Shown here piece by piece: positions 35,340 to 46,687 of a stretch of DNA of 64,000 nt (within the stretch, counting starts at the first letter, position 1; the number at the start of each line of letters is the position of its first letter). The position numbers and the translations under genes were made by a program. The notes below the pieces were generated by a model. The model was not told the DNA's origin and ran no database searches. It worked only from the letters and a program-made list of their open reading frames with translations. The stretch covers positions 1,355,234-1,419,233 of the forward strand of contig ML992503.1 of assembly GCA_010093995.1 (NCBI GenBank). The letters are read 5' to 3'. This stretch comes from Elsinoe ampelina. Taxonomy: Eukaryota.

Positions 35340-38300
35340 TCACTCTTCATCTTCATCATCCTTCTCCCTCGCCTTCTCAACCCACTCCTTGGCCAAACCC
35401 ATCACCCTCTCCACCTCCCTCTCCGTCCCGAACCTCTCCTCAAACTCCCTCCACCTCTTGAAAACACCCCTCGCCCTCCTCGCCTTCATCCTCCCTTTAC
35501 TCATCCTCTCAAACAACCCCCTCACTCTCTGCACCTGATCATCCACCTCCTCCTTCCCTCCCTCCCCCTCTCTCAACCTCTTCAACACCCCCTCCTCGCC
35601 TTCAACCCAACCATCCCACCCGGCATTCCACCTCGGCCACCCCTCCACCACCCCCTCCATCACCGTCCTCCCCCTCTCCGCGTCCCCCCCTTGATGCTTA
35701 AACTCCATCAACGCAAACTTGACAGTGACATCCCTCTTCTCCCTCTCCGGCACACTCTGCAGTGCCCTGCCGAGGAGACCCCGCGCCTTGGCCGCGTTGC
35801 GCTGCGCGAACAGGAACGCGGCGAACGCCAACCACACCTCGGCCTGCGCGCGGAAGGACTTTGCCATTTTCGCGTTCGTGACCGGTCCTCCCGCGGCGGG
35901 GGACGGGAACGGCGCAGGGGAAAGCGAGGGGTTGGACGAGAGCATGCCGTCGTACAGACGCTCTGTCGCGTCCGCCCTGCCGGCCTGTGTCAGGATGGAG
36001 GCGAGGTGGAGGTGCATCGCTTGCGGGTCTTGGACTTGGCAGGCGTCGCGGAAGGTTTGGGCGAGGCGGGCGTCGGCGTCGCTTGGGTCGGCGTAGGTGG
36101 CTTCGAGGTTGAGGAGGGCGAGCCAGATGGTGAGTTTTTCGTCGGTTTCGCGGAGGGGGATGGTGGTGAGGGCGCGTTGGGCGATGGTGCGTGCTGTGGG
36201 GATTTCGGAGAGGCGTAGGTGGTGGGCCATGTATTGGATCCAGAGGGTGGAGGAGTGGGGCGTGGAGAGGAGGAGGCGTTCGAAGTCGGAGGGGGTTTGG
36301 GGGCCGGTGAGGTCGAGGTCGGCGGTGTGGTCTGTGTAGGGCTTCTTTGGAACGGGGGCGGAACGGGTGACGGGGGTGGTGGATTCGGTGTCGGAGTCGG
36401 CGTCGGCGGCGGTGGTGGGGAAGGCAGTGCCGGTCCAGTCGAAGCCGGAGGTTCTGAGACCGGTGGACGGGGCGTTGGGCATGTCGGTGTCCGATTGGGG
36501 ATCTTCGGAGTCTGATGCAGCTCCTGGTCCCGCGAGGGTGCCATCTGCAAGGTCAAGCTCGATACCGCCATCGACATCCATCTCCTCGTCTTCGGATGCA
36601 GCATCGAGCGCCACGCCGGCCTTGTCCTCATCCTCGCTCTCGGACATGTCGACATCATCTTCCGCGTCCTTGAAGTAGCTTGCTTTTAGACCAAAGCTGA
36701 TCCTCCGCTTCTGCAGGTCAATGGCCAGGATCTTTGCCTTGACCTTGTCACCTTCGTCGAACAGCTCCTTGACGTCGCCGATTCTACCGTCTGCGATTTC
36801 AGTCCTATGGCACAGACCGCTGACTCTTGGATTGGTATCATCGACGTCGACGAAGACTCCGAAGTCTTCGACCCGCCTCACTTTGCCGGTGACGATTTCA
36901 CCTTCCTCCAGGTCCTCCATCTTCCGAGGTGGGGTGTAATCTTCATCGACCTGGCTCTGCTTCAACGTCATCTGCACGTGGTTCAACTTGGGCTCGACTT
37001 CCAGAACACGGCCCTTGACCAGCTGGTCGACTTGATATTCAGCCTGCCAGTCCTTGATATATCGGTCGGAGAGATCAGCAACCTTGACGAATGCTTCCAC
37101 TCTTGGACCAAGTGCTACTACAACACCATTGTTCCGAATCAGCTTGATGAAGCCACGTCTCACATCGCCAGCTTTGATCTGCTTGAGACTAGTGATCTGC
37201 GGATCTTTGACTGCAAGCGAAGAAGACAGCACCTTGGATGGTCGTACGGAAAGGAACAAGCGTTTGTTGGGAATGTCAATGTCGATGGCGGACACACGGA
37301 TGATATCGTTCTTGTTGAATTGTGCGGTTGATGCTGCAGAATAGTCGTCCGTGATAGAAGTCAGATCGACGACGCCAGAGACAGAGTCTGACAGTGCTAC
37401 AAGGACTGAGCGTTCAGTGACTCGTACTACTTTACCGGCATAAGATGTGTCAAGCTGAACGTCGGAGATAGAGTTGACAGAATGGCTAGCACTACCGGCG
37501 GGTACCAGATCGAGACGGTTTGCGCTAGCATCTAGTGACTTGATATCAACACGGATGGCAGATCCAACAGGGTGGCTGGATGGAATGTCTTGAATACTCG
37601 AGCCGCTGGAGAGGTCAAGGAAGGGGATGCGACCGCGAATATTAGGAGTGATATTCGCCCATAGACAGGAGTCTGCGATATTGTTCACATAGGCGATATG
37701 AGTGGTGCCGACCTTGAGTGAAGAGAGTGTGAGGATGTCTGCCTCGCTGTTGAGCTCAGAGCTCTTCGCTGTGAGCTCGAATACTGGTACACTTGACTGT
37801 CGATGAGAGATGGGAAGGAATCTATGGTTCCGAGCATCATGAATGCCTAAGATCTTGACATCCACAACCTGCTTGGGCTTGAACGATGAGAGAGGTCGCT
37901 TCCGGTCCTTGATGTCATCCCACGAGTCGAAGATTTCGGACACGTCTATGCGGCCTTGGATGTTGTCGGCGAGTTGAACGTTGAGCTGCGTCTGCTTGAC
38001 AGACGTGATGCGAGCTTTGGTCTTTTTGCCCAAGGTGAAGTCATCCAGAGAGACAGACTTGCCGTCCACAGGATTGTTGACGGTCGAATCTACAACCATA
38101 GATTTCTTGGTGACTTGCTTCTGCGGTAGCTCTTGTCCTTCTCGCAAAGTTAAGACAAAGCGTCGCTGCGCATCATCGACACTGAGGACTCTGGAAGATA
38201 CAGACATGTCCTTGCGATAGCCAAAGGCAGGCTGTGCCAGCCGCTCTTTTGTGATTTGGGTCTTTGGCATGTAGCCAACTACACCGGCAGCGAATTCGAC

Positions 38301-40829
38301 GAACACGCCATCAGGCGTGACGTTCCGAACAAATCCAGAGACTTCTTGACCAGGTTTGGCGCCTTCAAATGTTGTGATCAACGCTTTACTTCTCGCAGCC
38401 TCGATGATACTTGGTTTGTTGGAGAAGGTCAAGAGATGTCTTCGATCGTTCTTGTCAAGAATAACGAGCTCTGAAATGTTCTGACCAGCTCGCAGCTGGT
38501 TGAGCAGCTTTTTGCTCTTCTCCTCTGTGCCGTCTGTCAGATGAGCCAGGCGAATCATGCCCTTGAATCCGCCCTCAACCTCCAAGGAAACGAGATCTTG
38601 GGCAAGTTCGGTCACTTTGCCGGTGATGATCTGGCCAGGTGCGAGTTTCGACCAGGATTCCGTCTGTGTCTCATCGAATTCAGGAGTGTCTCTGCATGAC
38701 ACGATCATCTCGTTCTCTGCGCTATTGATTTGCTTTGCATGGACAGTCACTGTCTGTCCAACACGGAAATGCTGACTTGCATCCTTGATGTATGCTTCGC
38801 TCATCTCTGCTACTGGCAGCCACGCTCTGACCTTCCCATAGAATTGCACCACTGCACCATTTGGGAGGACTTTAATCACCGTGCCGGCTGACTCGTTGCC
38901 AATGTTGATGGTATTGTAGTCATCCCAGATTGTCGCATCAGAATTGAGCAGAGTCTTCTTCATAGTCAACCTCAATTGACGGCGTTCCGGGTCTACACTG
39001 AGTACTCGGGCCTTCACAGGAAAGTTCTCTCGGAAACGTTTCTCGGGGTGTTGTAGCTTGACATCCGCAAGATGCATTTCAGGCGCCAACCCAGTGATGC
39101 CCTCCTCCAAGATGATGAGGGCTCCCGTGACGCCTTTAGGCCCTAGAATGAGTTTGTCGACCTTGCCATCCACGATTGATCCGACCTTGACATCCTCCAG
39201 CTTCAGGAACTTGCGCTTCAGTACACTCTCCTCCAGCGAGATGTTGTAGAGACCATCGAGGGAATTGTAGCTAAGCACACGTGCTTTGTGTGTGGTGTTG
39301 AGAGCGAATGGGCCGGTCTCCTCGAACAGTGCTTCTACCTTCTCATCCGATAATCGAGAGATGTGTGCGAAACCTGGCTGTCCTGCTCCAATGTCGAAAT
39401 AGATGCCGGTGCCTGGCACGATCCTAATCACCTTGGCCTCATCCAAGATCTCTGAATTCTCGGGTTTCCGCTTCTTCTTTCCAGCTTTGGCTTGCTCTTC
39501 GAATTTCCGCACGTGATCGAGGAGTGATACGCCAACTTTCTTGGTGTCGAGATTGGCAAAGTTGAACAAAATCCTCGCAGGCACCTTCTGTCCGACCTTG
39601 ATCTTCTCAAAGGCGTCCTTGTTCAGGCCACTACCAGAATGCATGGCATCTGCAGTCGCATCGATCGAACCAGCAATCTTTCCAATGACGCCATTTGCAG
39701 TGACACTTGTCACAAGGAGCTCAACAGCGGCGCCCGGCATGTAAGGATCGATTGTTGGGGCCTCTTTAAGAGTGTGCTTGCCGAGATCACTGATACGAAG
39801 GGGGTCCGGGCAGAGCTTGACAACCTTACCATCCGACGCCTTGCCTGTGACGCAGCAGAGCATGACCTGACCTTCTTCGATATCGTCAAGCTTCCAGTTC
39901 TGTCCAAGCTCTTTCTTTGAGATGAAGCCACGAACAGAATCCTCCTCGAGACCGACATCTGCGACAATACCATGATCTTCGACACTCTTGACCGCAGCCT
40001 GTACCATGAAGTTGTTGCCGAGCTCCGCGGTCAAGCCGGTATTAGCAAGTCGCGGGTTGACAGATAACTCAATGTGCCGCTTTCCTTTTGTCCCTGTCTT
40101 CGATTCACTAGCCGTAGCAGTCACGTATGCTCGCAAGAATTGTCCGACCCTGAACAGGTTCTTGAGGTTGACGTCCTCATCGTCGTCACTCTCGTCCGCC
40201 TTCTGGTTGTCATCCTCGGCCAGGAGTGCCTCAATGCGTTCGTTGACCCTGTCAGAGACTGCGGTGATGGGAATGTAGCCAGTCAAGTTGTTTGGCAAGG
40301 CAAGGGCGACATCCTTCGAGGTGATGCTAGTGACCTGACCCAGAACCAGAGTTCCAACAGCAAGTGTCTTGTACCCAAGACCTTGAATTCTGACCAGCTC
40401 CTCGCTGTCGCCCGTAGTGCCCTTCATCTTCTTCGCTGACGACTTCTTCTGTGGCTTACCAGCCGATCTTTTCCTCCGTCCGCCATCCACCTCATCCTCC
40501 CCGTACTCTTCCCTGACCACTTTCGATTTTCCCGCTTCCTCGAAAAGTACATCTCTTTCTGCGTCGGCCTTGACTTGTCTTTGCTCTAGAGGTGTAAGGA
40601 CACTTGCACCACCTCGGGGGAACGATCGGTCTTCTCCAGTGAGTAGCGATGACTTGACAGATTTTCGGGGGGGGTCGTCCTGTGATTTGCTCTGCTTCTT
40701 CTCCGCAGGAAGTTTGGCGGATTTCTTGTCAGTTCCATTTGGGACTGTGTGGGCCTTTCCGGAGTCGTCAAATTTGATCTTTTTAGCAGGACGGTCGGCC
40801 ACAATGGCCTTGCGTTTCTCTGTTGCCAT
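35340..40829 (-). CDS. RRP5: rRNA biogenesis protein Rrp5 (S1 repeats plus HAT/TPR)
   Basis: 1829 aa; FPRGGASVLTPLE; multiple S1 repeats; DFERLLL..P.SS.LWIQYMA. Confidence 0.96.
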   Translation of the reverse strand: MATEKRKAIVADRPAKKIKFDDSGKAHTVPNGTDKKSAKLPAEKKQSKSQDDPPRKSVKSSLLTGEDRSFPRGGASVLTPLEQRQVKADAERDVLFEEAGKSKVVREEYGEDEVDGGRRKRSAGKPQKKSSAKKMKGTTGDSEELVRIQGLGYKTLAVGTLVLGQVTSITSKDVALALPNNLTGYIPITAVSDRVNERIEALLAEDDNQKADESDDDEDVNLKNLFRVGQFLRAYVTATASESKTGTKGKRHIELSVNPRLANTGLTAELGNNFMVQAAVKSVEDHGIVADVGLEEDSVRGFISKKELGQNWKLDDIEEGQVMLCCVTGKASDGKVVKLCPDPLRISDLGKHTLKEAPTIDPYMPGAAVELLVTSVTANGVIGKIAGSIDATADAMHSGSGLNKDAFEKIKVGQKVPARILFNFANLDTKKVGVSLLDHVRKFEEQAKAGKKKRKPENSEILDEAKVIRIVPGTGIYFDIGAGQPGFAHISRLSDEKVEALFEETGPFALNTTHKARVLSYNSLDGLYNISLEESVLKRKFLKLEDVKVGSIVDGKVDKLILGPKGVTGALIILEEGITGLAPEMHLADVKLQHPEKRFRENFPVKARVLSVDPERRQLRLTMKKTLLNSDATIWDDYNTINIGNESAGTVIKVLPNGAVVQFYGKVRAWLPVAEMSEAYIKDASQHFRVGQTVTVHAKQINSAENEMIVSCRDTPEFDETQTESWSKLAPGQIITGKVTELAQDLVSLEVEGGFKGMIRLAHLTDGTEEKSKKLLNQLRAGQNISELVILDKNDRRHLLTFSNKPSIIEAARSKALITTFEGAKPGQEVSGFVRNVTPDGVFVEFAAGVVGYMPKTQITKERLAQPAFGYRKDMSVSSRVLSVDDAQRRFVLTLREGQELPQKQVTKKSMVVDSTVNNPVDGKSVSLDDFTLGKKTKARITSVKQTQLNVQLADNIQGRIDVSEIFDSWDDIKDRKRPLSSFKPKQVVDVKILGIHDARNHRFLPISHRQSSVPVFELTAKSSELNSEADILTLSSLKVGTTHIAYVNNIADSCLWANITPNIRGRIPFLDLSSGSSIQDIPSSHPVGSAIRVDIKSLDASANRLDLVPAGSASHSVNSISDVQLDTSYAGKVVRVTERSVLVALSDSVSGVVDLTSITDDYSAASTAQFNKNDIIRVSAIDIDIPNKRLFLSVRPSKVLSSSLAVKDPQITSLKQIKAGDVRRGFIKLIRNNGVVVALGPRVEAFVKVADLSDRYIKDWQAEYQVDQLVKGRVLEVEPKLNHVQMTLKQSQVDEDYTPPRKMEDLEEGEIVTGKVRRVEDFGVFVDVDDTNPRVSGLCHRTEIADGRIGDVKELFDEGDKVKAKILAIDLQKRRISFGLKASYFKDAEDDVDMSESEDEDKAGVALDAASEDEEMDVDGGIELDLADGTLAGPGAASDSEDPQSDTDMPNAPSTGLRTSGFDWTGTAFPTTAADADSDTESTTPVTRSAPVPKKPYTDHTADLDLTGPQTPSDFERLLLSTPHSSTLWIQYMAHHLRLSEIPTARTIAQRALTTIPLRETDEKLTIWLALLNLEATYADPSDADARLAQTFRDACQVQDPQAMHLHLASILTQAGRADATERLYDGMLSSNPSLSPAPFPSPAAGGPVTNAKMAKSFRAQAEVWLAFAAFLFAQRNAAKARGLLGRALQSVPEREKRDVTVKFALMEFKHQGGDAERGRTVMEGVVEGWPRWNAGWDGWVEGEEGVLKRLREGEGGKEEVDDQVQRVRGLFERMSKGRMKARRARGVFKRWREFEERFGTEREVERVMGLAKEWVEKAREKDDEDEE

Positions 40830-41115
40830 AGTGTGCAGAGACGGCTTCTACATCCACAGCAACACTGCAATGGTGGGATAGTTTCGGCCAAGATTTCTCA
40901 ATTTTGCAGAGCTTCCGACAATTTTCTGCCGGGCGGTGCGGAGGTGACGTCGGAGAAGTCGCACGTTTTGATTGGCCGACGCGCATCGCGTCCCCTTGTC
41001 CAAGCCACCGCTGCAAGCTATATCGCCTTTTTAGGTCTACATTTCTGCGACATGTACGCCTTTGTCTCTGCTCAGAATTCTTACACTGGACATCCATAGG
41101 TCGTAGAATCTGATC

Positions 41116-43191
41116 ATGGATCTTCTGGAGGACATGTCGTCGTCGCAGCCCAGCGTGGCCGAGTCGGAGCTGCCCTTCCCGGACTTACCTTCGTCATCGC
41201 AAGTACGGGCGATGGCGAGTAGTAGACCCAAGAGGCCGCCAACGATAACACCAAAGAGGTTCACACGCTTCTTCACCCCTCGACAGAGCGTTGTCGAGAC
41301 TCGCAAGTCTCGAAAGGCAACGACAGCTTCTCGAAAACTGCGTGACATTACCAAGAATGCTGTCAACCAGAAGACTGCTTCTCCTCGGCTTCAGCCCATG
41401 AAAGTCGAGGAAGACGACATCGAAAACCTTACGCCAAGACGCAGCAAACGAAGAAAACTTACGCCAGTGCCCGAGTCATCTCCTATTCAGCTTCAATCAT
41501 CACCTTCTCGTCACATAGGTGAATTCAAGCCTATCCACCTCTTCGATGATGCAGCTTCTGTGGAGGGTATGGATCAGCTCTGCGACGACTTTTCGAGACT
41601 CCCAACTCCTATCAGACGAATCCGACCCTCCAACACGACACGGCTTCTCCAACGCAGCTTTGGTGGACCATCAGTACTACAGCGAGGTCTAGTCAAAGAT
41701 CCCTGCGTAGACTGGAGGCATTCCACGGGGGATTTCTATTCGGCATCCGAAGATGCGTGCGCTTTTGGCTCATCATCTCTTCCGTTCTGCGTCACAGCTT
41801 GTCAGTCCAATTCACTTGTTGCTTTGGGAGGTGAGAGCGGCGGTATAACATTACTGGACTCCTCATCCGATCCAGAAATCTCCTTTGCCAAAGCGCATGT
41901 TTCATTCAAGCCGCATGCCAATGCTATCATGGACATTTCATTCAGCTCGGACGACTATCTGATCGCAACAGCCAGTGGAGATCAGACGGCCCGCGTGATC
42001 GACATGAGGACGCAGCAAACGCGCTACATCATGGCCGGACACGTCTCTTCGGTCAAGACCGTGCGATTCCAGCCTGGGAATGACAGTGTATTGGCGACTT
42101 CATCTCGAGATGGTTCCGTTCAATTGTGGGATATGCGGTGCCGAGGCTCCTTGGAACCTCCGAGCGAGCTAGCTTACGCACGCAGTGCTGCTGCAAAGTC
42201 ATTTCCAACGGGCTCTTCTGGCCGTCAAGTCGTGTATGCAGAGACATGCACGTCCATCCGCGATGCACATGCTTCAGCCGGGCTTCCATCACTGCCGCGT
42301 AGGAGCAGTGCAGATCTATTCTCAACTCGATCCGCTACGGCGACTCGCACCGACGTCTCGATCACAGCACTATCATTTCTGCCTGGCGACAGATCTCACA
42401 TCCTCGTGTCCGCCTCAGAGGCCAATGCCGCGATCAAGGTGTGGGACATTCGGGGCAAATACAACCGACGTGGACTCGCCCCACTGTCAACAACATCAGA
42501 GCCACCATCACACATCAGCAGCCGCAAGTACGGCATCAATTCGCTGACACTCAGCGGAGACGGCGGTCGCTTGTATGCATTGTGCCGTGACAGTGCGATC
42601 TACACCTACAGCACCAATCATCTCGTTCTTGGTCACGCGCCCGAGCTCGACGGTGGAGCAGGATTGTCAGGCAAGGGCAAATGGCGTGGTCCAGGCACGG
42701 AGAAGGAAGGTCTTGGCCCCTTGTACGCATTCAGGCACAAGGATTTGAAGGTTAGCAGCTTCTATGCCAAAGCTGGATTGAGGAAGGCAGGCAATGGTAA
42801 GGAGGAGATGCTTGCAGTGGGAAGTAGAGACGGAGGTGTGAACCTGTTTCCTACCAACGAGGGATATTTCAAGCATGAGACACAGCTCGAGGACGACCGC
42901 AGAGATCCCGCCAGTCTGCCCGGAACGCCAACCAAAGTAGCCACAAGGAAAGACGGCCTCCCTACTTACGAGATCGGCACGTCACTTGTTCGAGGTCACA
43001 GGAAAGAGGTGACTGGTCTCTCCTGGACAGCAGACGGCGAGCTGGTGACCGTCAGCGATGATTTCACCGCGCGCTGCTGGAGAGAAGGACCCAAAGCGAG
43101 GGAGCTCAGACAATGTGGCGAAGGGCAAGGCCATCGCTGGGGTTGTGGCTGGGCAGAAGTGGACGACGACTTTGACGAGGAAGACGTATAA
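41116..43191 (+). CDS. CDT2: WD40 protein Cdt2/DTL (CRL4 substrate receptor)
   Basis: PPTITPKRF.RFFTPR; HANAIMDISFS..D..IATASGDQT; SSRDGSVQLWDMR; SSFYAK; GHRKEVT. Confidence 0.88.
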   Translation: MDLLEDMSSSQPSVAESELPFPDLPSSSQVRAMASSRPKRPPTITPKRFTRFFTPRQSVVETRKSRKATTASRKLRDITKNAVNQKTASPRLQPMKVEEDDIENLTPRRSKRRKLTPVPESSPIQLQSSPSRHIGEFKPIHLFDDAASVEGMDQLCDDFSRLPTPIRRIRPSNTTRLLQRSFGGPSVLQRGLVKDPCVDWRHSTGDFYSASEDACAFGSSSLPFCVTACQSNSLVALGGESGGITLLDSSSDPEISFAKAHVSFKPHANAIMDISFSSDDYLIATASGDQTARVIDMRTQQTRYIMAGHVSSVKTVRFQPGNDSVLATSSRDGSVQLWDMRCRGSLEPPSELAYARSAAAKSFPTGSSGRQVVYAETCTSIRDAHASAGLPSLPRRSSADLFSTRSATATRTDVSITALSFLPGDRSHILVSASEANAAIKVWDIRGKYNRRGLAPLSTTSEPPSHISSRKYGINSLTLSGDGGRLYALCRDSAIYTYSTNHLVLGHAPELDGGAGLSGKGKWRGPGTEKEGLGPLYAFRHKDLKVSSFYAKAGLRKAGNGKEEMLAVGSRDGGVNLFPTNEGYFKHETQLEDDRRDPASLPGTPTKVATRKDGLPTYEIGTSLVRGHRKEVTGLSWTADGELVTVSDDFTARCWREGPKARELRQCGEGQGHRWGCGWAEVDDDFDEEDV

Positions 43192-43366
43192 AGAAGCGAG
43201 GCATGTGCGGTGTAGTTGACAGTATATACTCTCACCCTCGTTCCCACTTGTCCTGCTCCTCCTCCTTCATCTCCGTGCTATGTACACTTTCCCTTCCCCT
43301 CCCTTGCTTCCCGCCTCACCCTCTCTCTCCCTTCCACGTCCCTTCACGTCCTTCACGACAATGTGA

Positions 43367-43720
43367 TCAAGAAGTCCCCACCACCGTCCCCGTCAAAAAC
43401 GTAGGCTGCTTATCGCTGAAATTCGGGATATCATCCAACACCGTCTTCGCCGTGGGGCCTCCAGCCGCGCTCTGGAACGCAGAAAGCTCCTCCCAAACCA
43501 GCGTCGCTTGGATCTTGAATGGCTGATCGTCTGGGAACTCGGCGACCTTCCAGCTCTTGAGGCCGAGGGGGGACCAGGTTTCGTAGACGAGGGGCATCTG
43601 GGAGAATCATTAGGGGTTGAGGGGGGGGGAGGGAGGGAAAGGACGTACGTGGGTTTTGAGGTAGTAGTCGAGGTTGAATTTTGCGCCTTGCGGGTAGAGG
43701 ACGGAGATTTCGGCCGGCAT
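43367..43720 (-). CDS. EthD-family small protein, 2 exons
   Basis: SVLYP..AKFNLDYYLKTH|MPLV...DIPNFSD..P; intron ~43648..43598. Confidence 0.88.
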
Positions 43721-44671
43721 TGTGGTGGTTTGGTGTTGCTGATGTGGTGGAGGTTTATGGTATGGGATTGTCGAAGTTGTGAACAGACGGGAAGATGTGA
43801 TTCGAGAGAGCTCGGTCTTGCTAATGATCTACCATGGTCTCGTCATCGTGGGCCCGCTCCACAGGACCGGATGCCCCGCATTCGAGATGCTCGTTGCGGA
43901 GGGGTAGAGGGGTGTGTCAATCGGTGACATGCTACTTGCTGATTCGTTGGTGCTTGTTTGTGCATGTTCCGAGTATTCGATGAATTGCCGAGGCGTGTAG
44001 CTTGTGCATGTTTGTGCATCGTCTTGATTTGCTCAATGCTGTCTTCGCAGAGTGAAGAGGTGGTGTAAGTTAGTAATGGAACGCAGCTCCGATGTCGGAC
44101 GATTGGCTGAAAGCACTCAAAAATTGCACGTCATGTCAAGCTTCCATCTTGCATACACTTGCATCAACCTGCATGCATCAGATTGCCTGATGCTCGCCAT
44201 CGTCAAAGCTTCATGCAGCACGTTTTGAGCTCCTTCCGGGACAGCTCCTGCTTGAACGAGGTCGAAGCCACCAAAGCACCAGGATTCCACAACACGTACG
44301 CAGCTTGTGACGCCTGGTATTGAAGCTCAACGAACAGGCTAGACCTCAATGGCTTCCCAGTAGCAATTCATGACAGCTGTATAGCATGCCAATCAAGAAC
44401 AATGGCAATGATTGATACCCTCGCCTGCCAGTCCGAAGGAGCCATTGTTGCCACTATTGAGCAATTTTGGCAGCGCCAAACAATATCAACGAGCATGAAG
44501 GTAGTCCAGGTTTTGTTTGAACGTTTCTCTTTTCCATACCAATCTCTACTCTGTCTCTCCATACCGCATCCATCGCATTTCTCATCTTCTCACCTCCTCA
44601 TCTGCCTCAATCAATCCAGTCGGCACCGCAGAAACGCTCACTCGTCCTCACGTGCAATTATCTTGTCCAAC

Positions 44672-46186
44672 ATGCCACCGAAGAGAGGCAGCCGTAAAGG
44701 GTCCCGTGCTCCAAGTACGCAGCCTCCAGCCAGCAGATCCAACCAAGCTACAAGTCCTGAAGTCAGCGATGCTACATCATCAACCTCCAAGCATAGCAAG
44801 AAACCAAAGACAGATGCGCCCACAAAGCTGCATACAGTCCAAGAAGACGATGGTGATCAGGACGATGACCCGCAAGTTGACGCTCGAGGCGAACCAGAAC
44901 AGCCAGCTACCGTAGGAGCTGGAATCAGACACTCCAAGACCGACTCGACCAGAGAGGCGACCGGTAATCCAGCACCAAACGTACCCACCAGGCGCACAGT
45001 AGACGACACAGCCCCAGCAAGACACACCAGAGCCAAGACTGCAGCTATTCCGCCGACTCCGGAATTCTCACAACTGGAACCTTCCGATGCACTCGCCTAT
45101 GCACACAAACACGAGGATGATCTGGTAGCTCATGCCGCCGAGCTCGACGAGTTCTTGACTGAACGCACCAAAAAATTGTACCGTCCTGAAGGCAAGAACG
45201 GACAGCCCACGACGCTTGAGGGCATGCGCCAGGATGTTCTGCAGCTGTCCGACACCGCGAAGAAGGTCCTCGATGACAATAAGATATACAAACGTGCTCT
45301 CCTTGCCGTCTCGCAGGAACCACGCCGGACCACCATCGAGAAGCAACCTCAATCGCACAAACTGGAGGACCGTTCGGAAGGCTGGGCCTTCTACGCCAAG
45401 CTCAAGCTCAAGTACGAGGGACTACACCACAAGGATCGTCCCAGCGGCAAGATCATACTGGATGACCTGCAGCGCTTCCTTGTCGTCTGGGAGAGACAGT
45501 GGTACAAAGTTGACATGAAGGATGCTCCGGACGAGACCCAGGAGGACAAGGAACTGGCGGCGGAGCTCCTGGGACCTGTCGGCAGAGCAAACCTCAAGCC
45601 TGACGAGCTTGCTGGTAGGATTGCGGTGCAGCTTAAGAAGTGCCAGGAGCGTATCGTCAGGGAGACTGCTCTAATGGACTACATGATCACCACGCTGTCC
45701 AGGACGAATGCGAGCGACTTGGCTGGGATGGAGGCTGCTGCTCGGGTAGGAGAAGAGGCTGCGGCTGAGGGTGACGAGGTTGACGGGAATGCTGCTGAGG
45801 TCGCGGCAAAGGGAAAGGGCAAGAGGAAGGAGAGAGAGACGGACCGTGGGCTGCGCAAGGGAAGGGGCAAGAAGGTGCGGACCGAGGAAGAGGATGACGT
45901 GGTGGTGGTGGAGGGTGAGGTCGGCTCTGAGGGATTTGCTGGAGGGTTAGGTAGAGAGGAGGACGAGGTGGATGACAGGAAAAGCCGCAAAGCAAAGGCC
46001 AGCAAGTCTGCGGCCACGCCTGAGGTCATACCTGGTCCTTCTGGATCTGCCAAGCGTACGTTTCATGCTCCTGGTGCTCACTTCATCACTGACAATTCTC
46101 CAGGTAGACGGACAAACGAGGACAAGGCAGAGGAGGAGGCACCAGCAAGGAAGCGTACAAAGGCCACTAAGGGCGACGAGCAGTAG
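44672..46186 (+). CDS. Orphan protein A: disordered termini, central helical domain
   Basis: MPPKRGSRK start; long ORF; basic NLS-like patches (KGKRK, RKRTK). Confidence 0.75.
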   Translation: MPPKRGSRKGSRAPSTQPPASRSNQATSPEVSDATSSTSKHSKKPKTDAPTKLHTVQEDDGDQDDDPQVDARGEPEQPATVGAGIRHSKTDSTREATGNPAPNVPTRRTVDDTAPARHTRAKTAAIPPTPEFSQLEPSDALAYAHKHEDDLVAHAAELDEFLTERTKKLYRPEGKNGQPTTLEGMRQDVLQLSDTAKKVLDDNKIYKRALLAVSQEPRRTTIEKQPQSHKLEDRSEGWAFYAKLKLKYEGLHHKDRPSGKIILDDLQRFLVVWERQWYKVDMKDAPDETQEDKELAAELLGPVGRANLKPDELAGRIAVQLKKCQERIVRETALMDYMITTLSRTNASDLAGMEAAARVGEEAAAEGDEVDGNAAEVAAKGKGKRKERETDRGLRKGRGKKVRTEEEDDVVVVEGEVGSEGFAGGLGREEDEVDDRKSRKAKASKSAATPEVIPGPSGSAKRTFHAPGAHFITDNSPGRRTNEDKAEEEAPARKRTKATKGDEQ

Positions 46187-46687
46187 ATAGTATTTCAGGG
46201 GTTCAGGGGTTGGGCTTTGTCAGCAACTCCCCACAAAGTGACCAGTGAAACTTTCGCAAGCATCTTCTCATTCACCTTCCGCACTTCCAACAATTCCATT
46301 GCGGCATCATCGATTGGACACAGTCATATCTTAGTTCAAATGCACTTGCTATGATGGTAACAACGTAGCGCATCACTGGTATGTGCACAAGCATGGCTAG
46401 TCACAATCGTGGCGGGTGAGCAGCATGAATGAAACCAACAATCAAATGCGACAATTATCACATGCTTGAGCAATTCAATGGTGACTACTGGTTTGCGTCA
46501 AATTTCATTGCTATTCACGGGCATTCGATTGCAATCATTGTCTCTGTCTAGCAATTTAGTACCGTGCTGTGACAAGATGGTAGGTCAGGTATATCTCCTT
46601 CTCCAATGCGATCCTTTCTTTCTCAGCTTTTGTCATTCCATCATACATTCAAGCAACGACATCGAGACGCCCTGCCAGCACTGCAGA

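Noticed and set aside
35271..36658. Pro-rich and Gly-rich alternative-frame ORFs (also near 6.6, 13.4, 22.4, 23.3 and 30.8 kb)
   Set aside because: By-products of stop-poor, C/G-skewed DNA overlapping real genes
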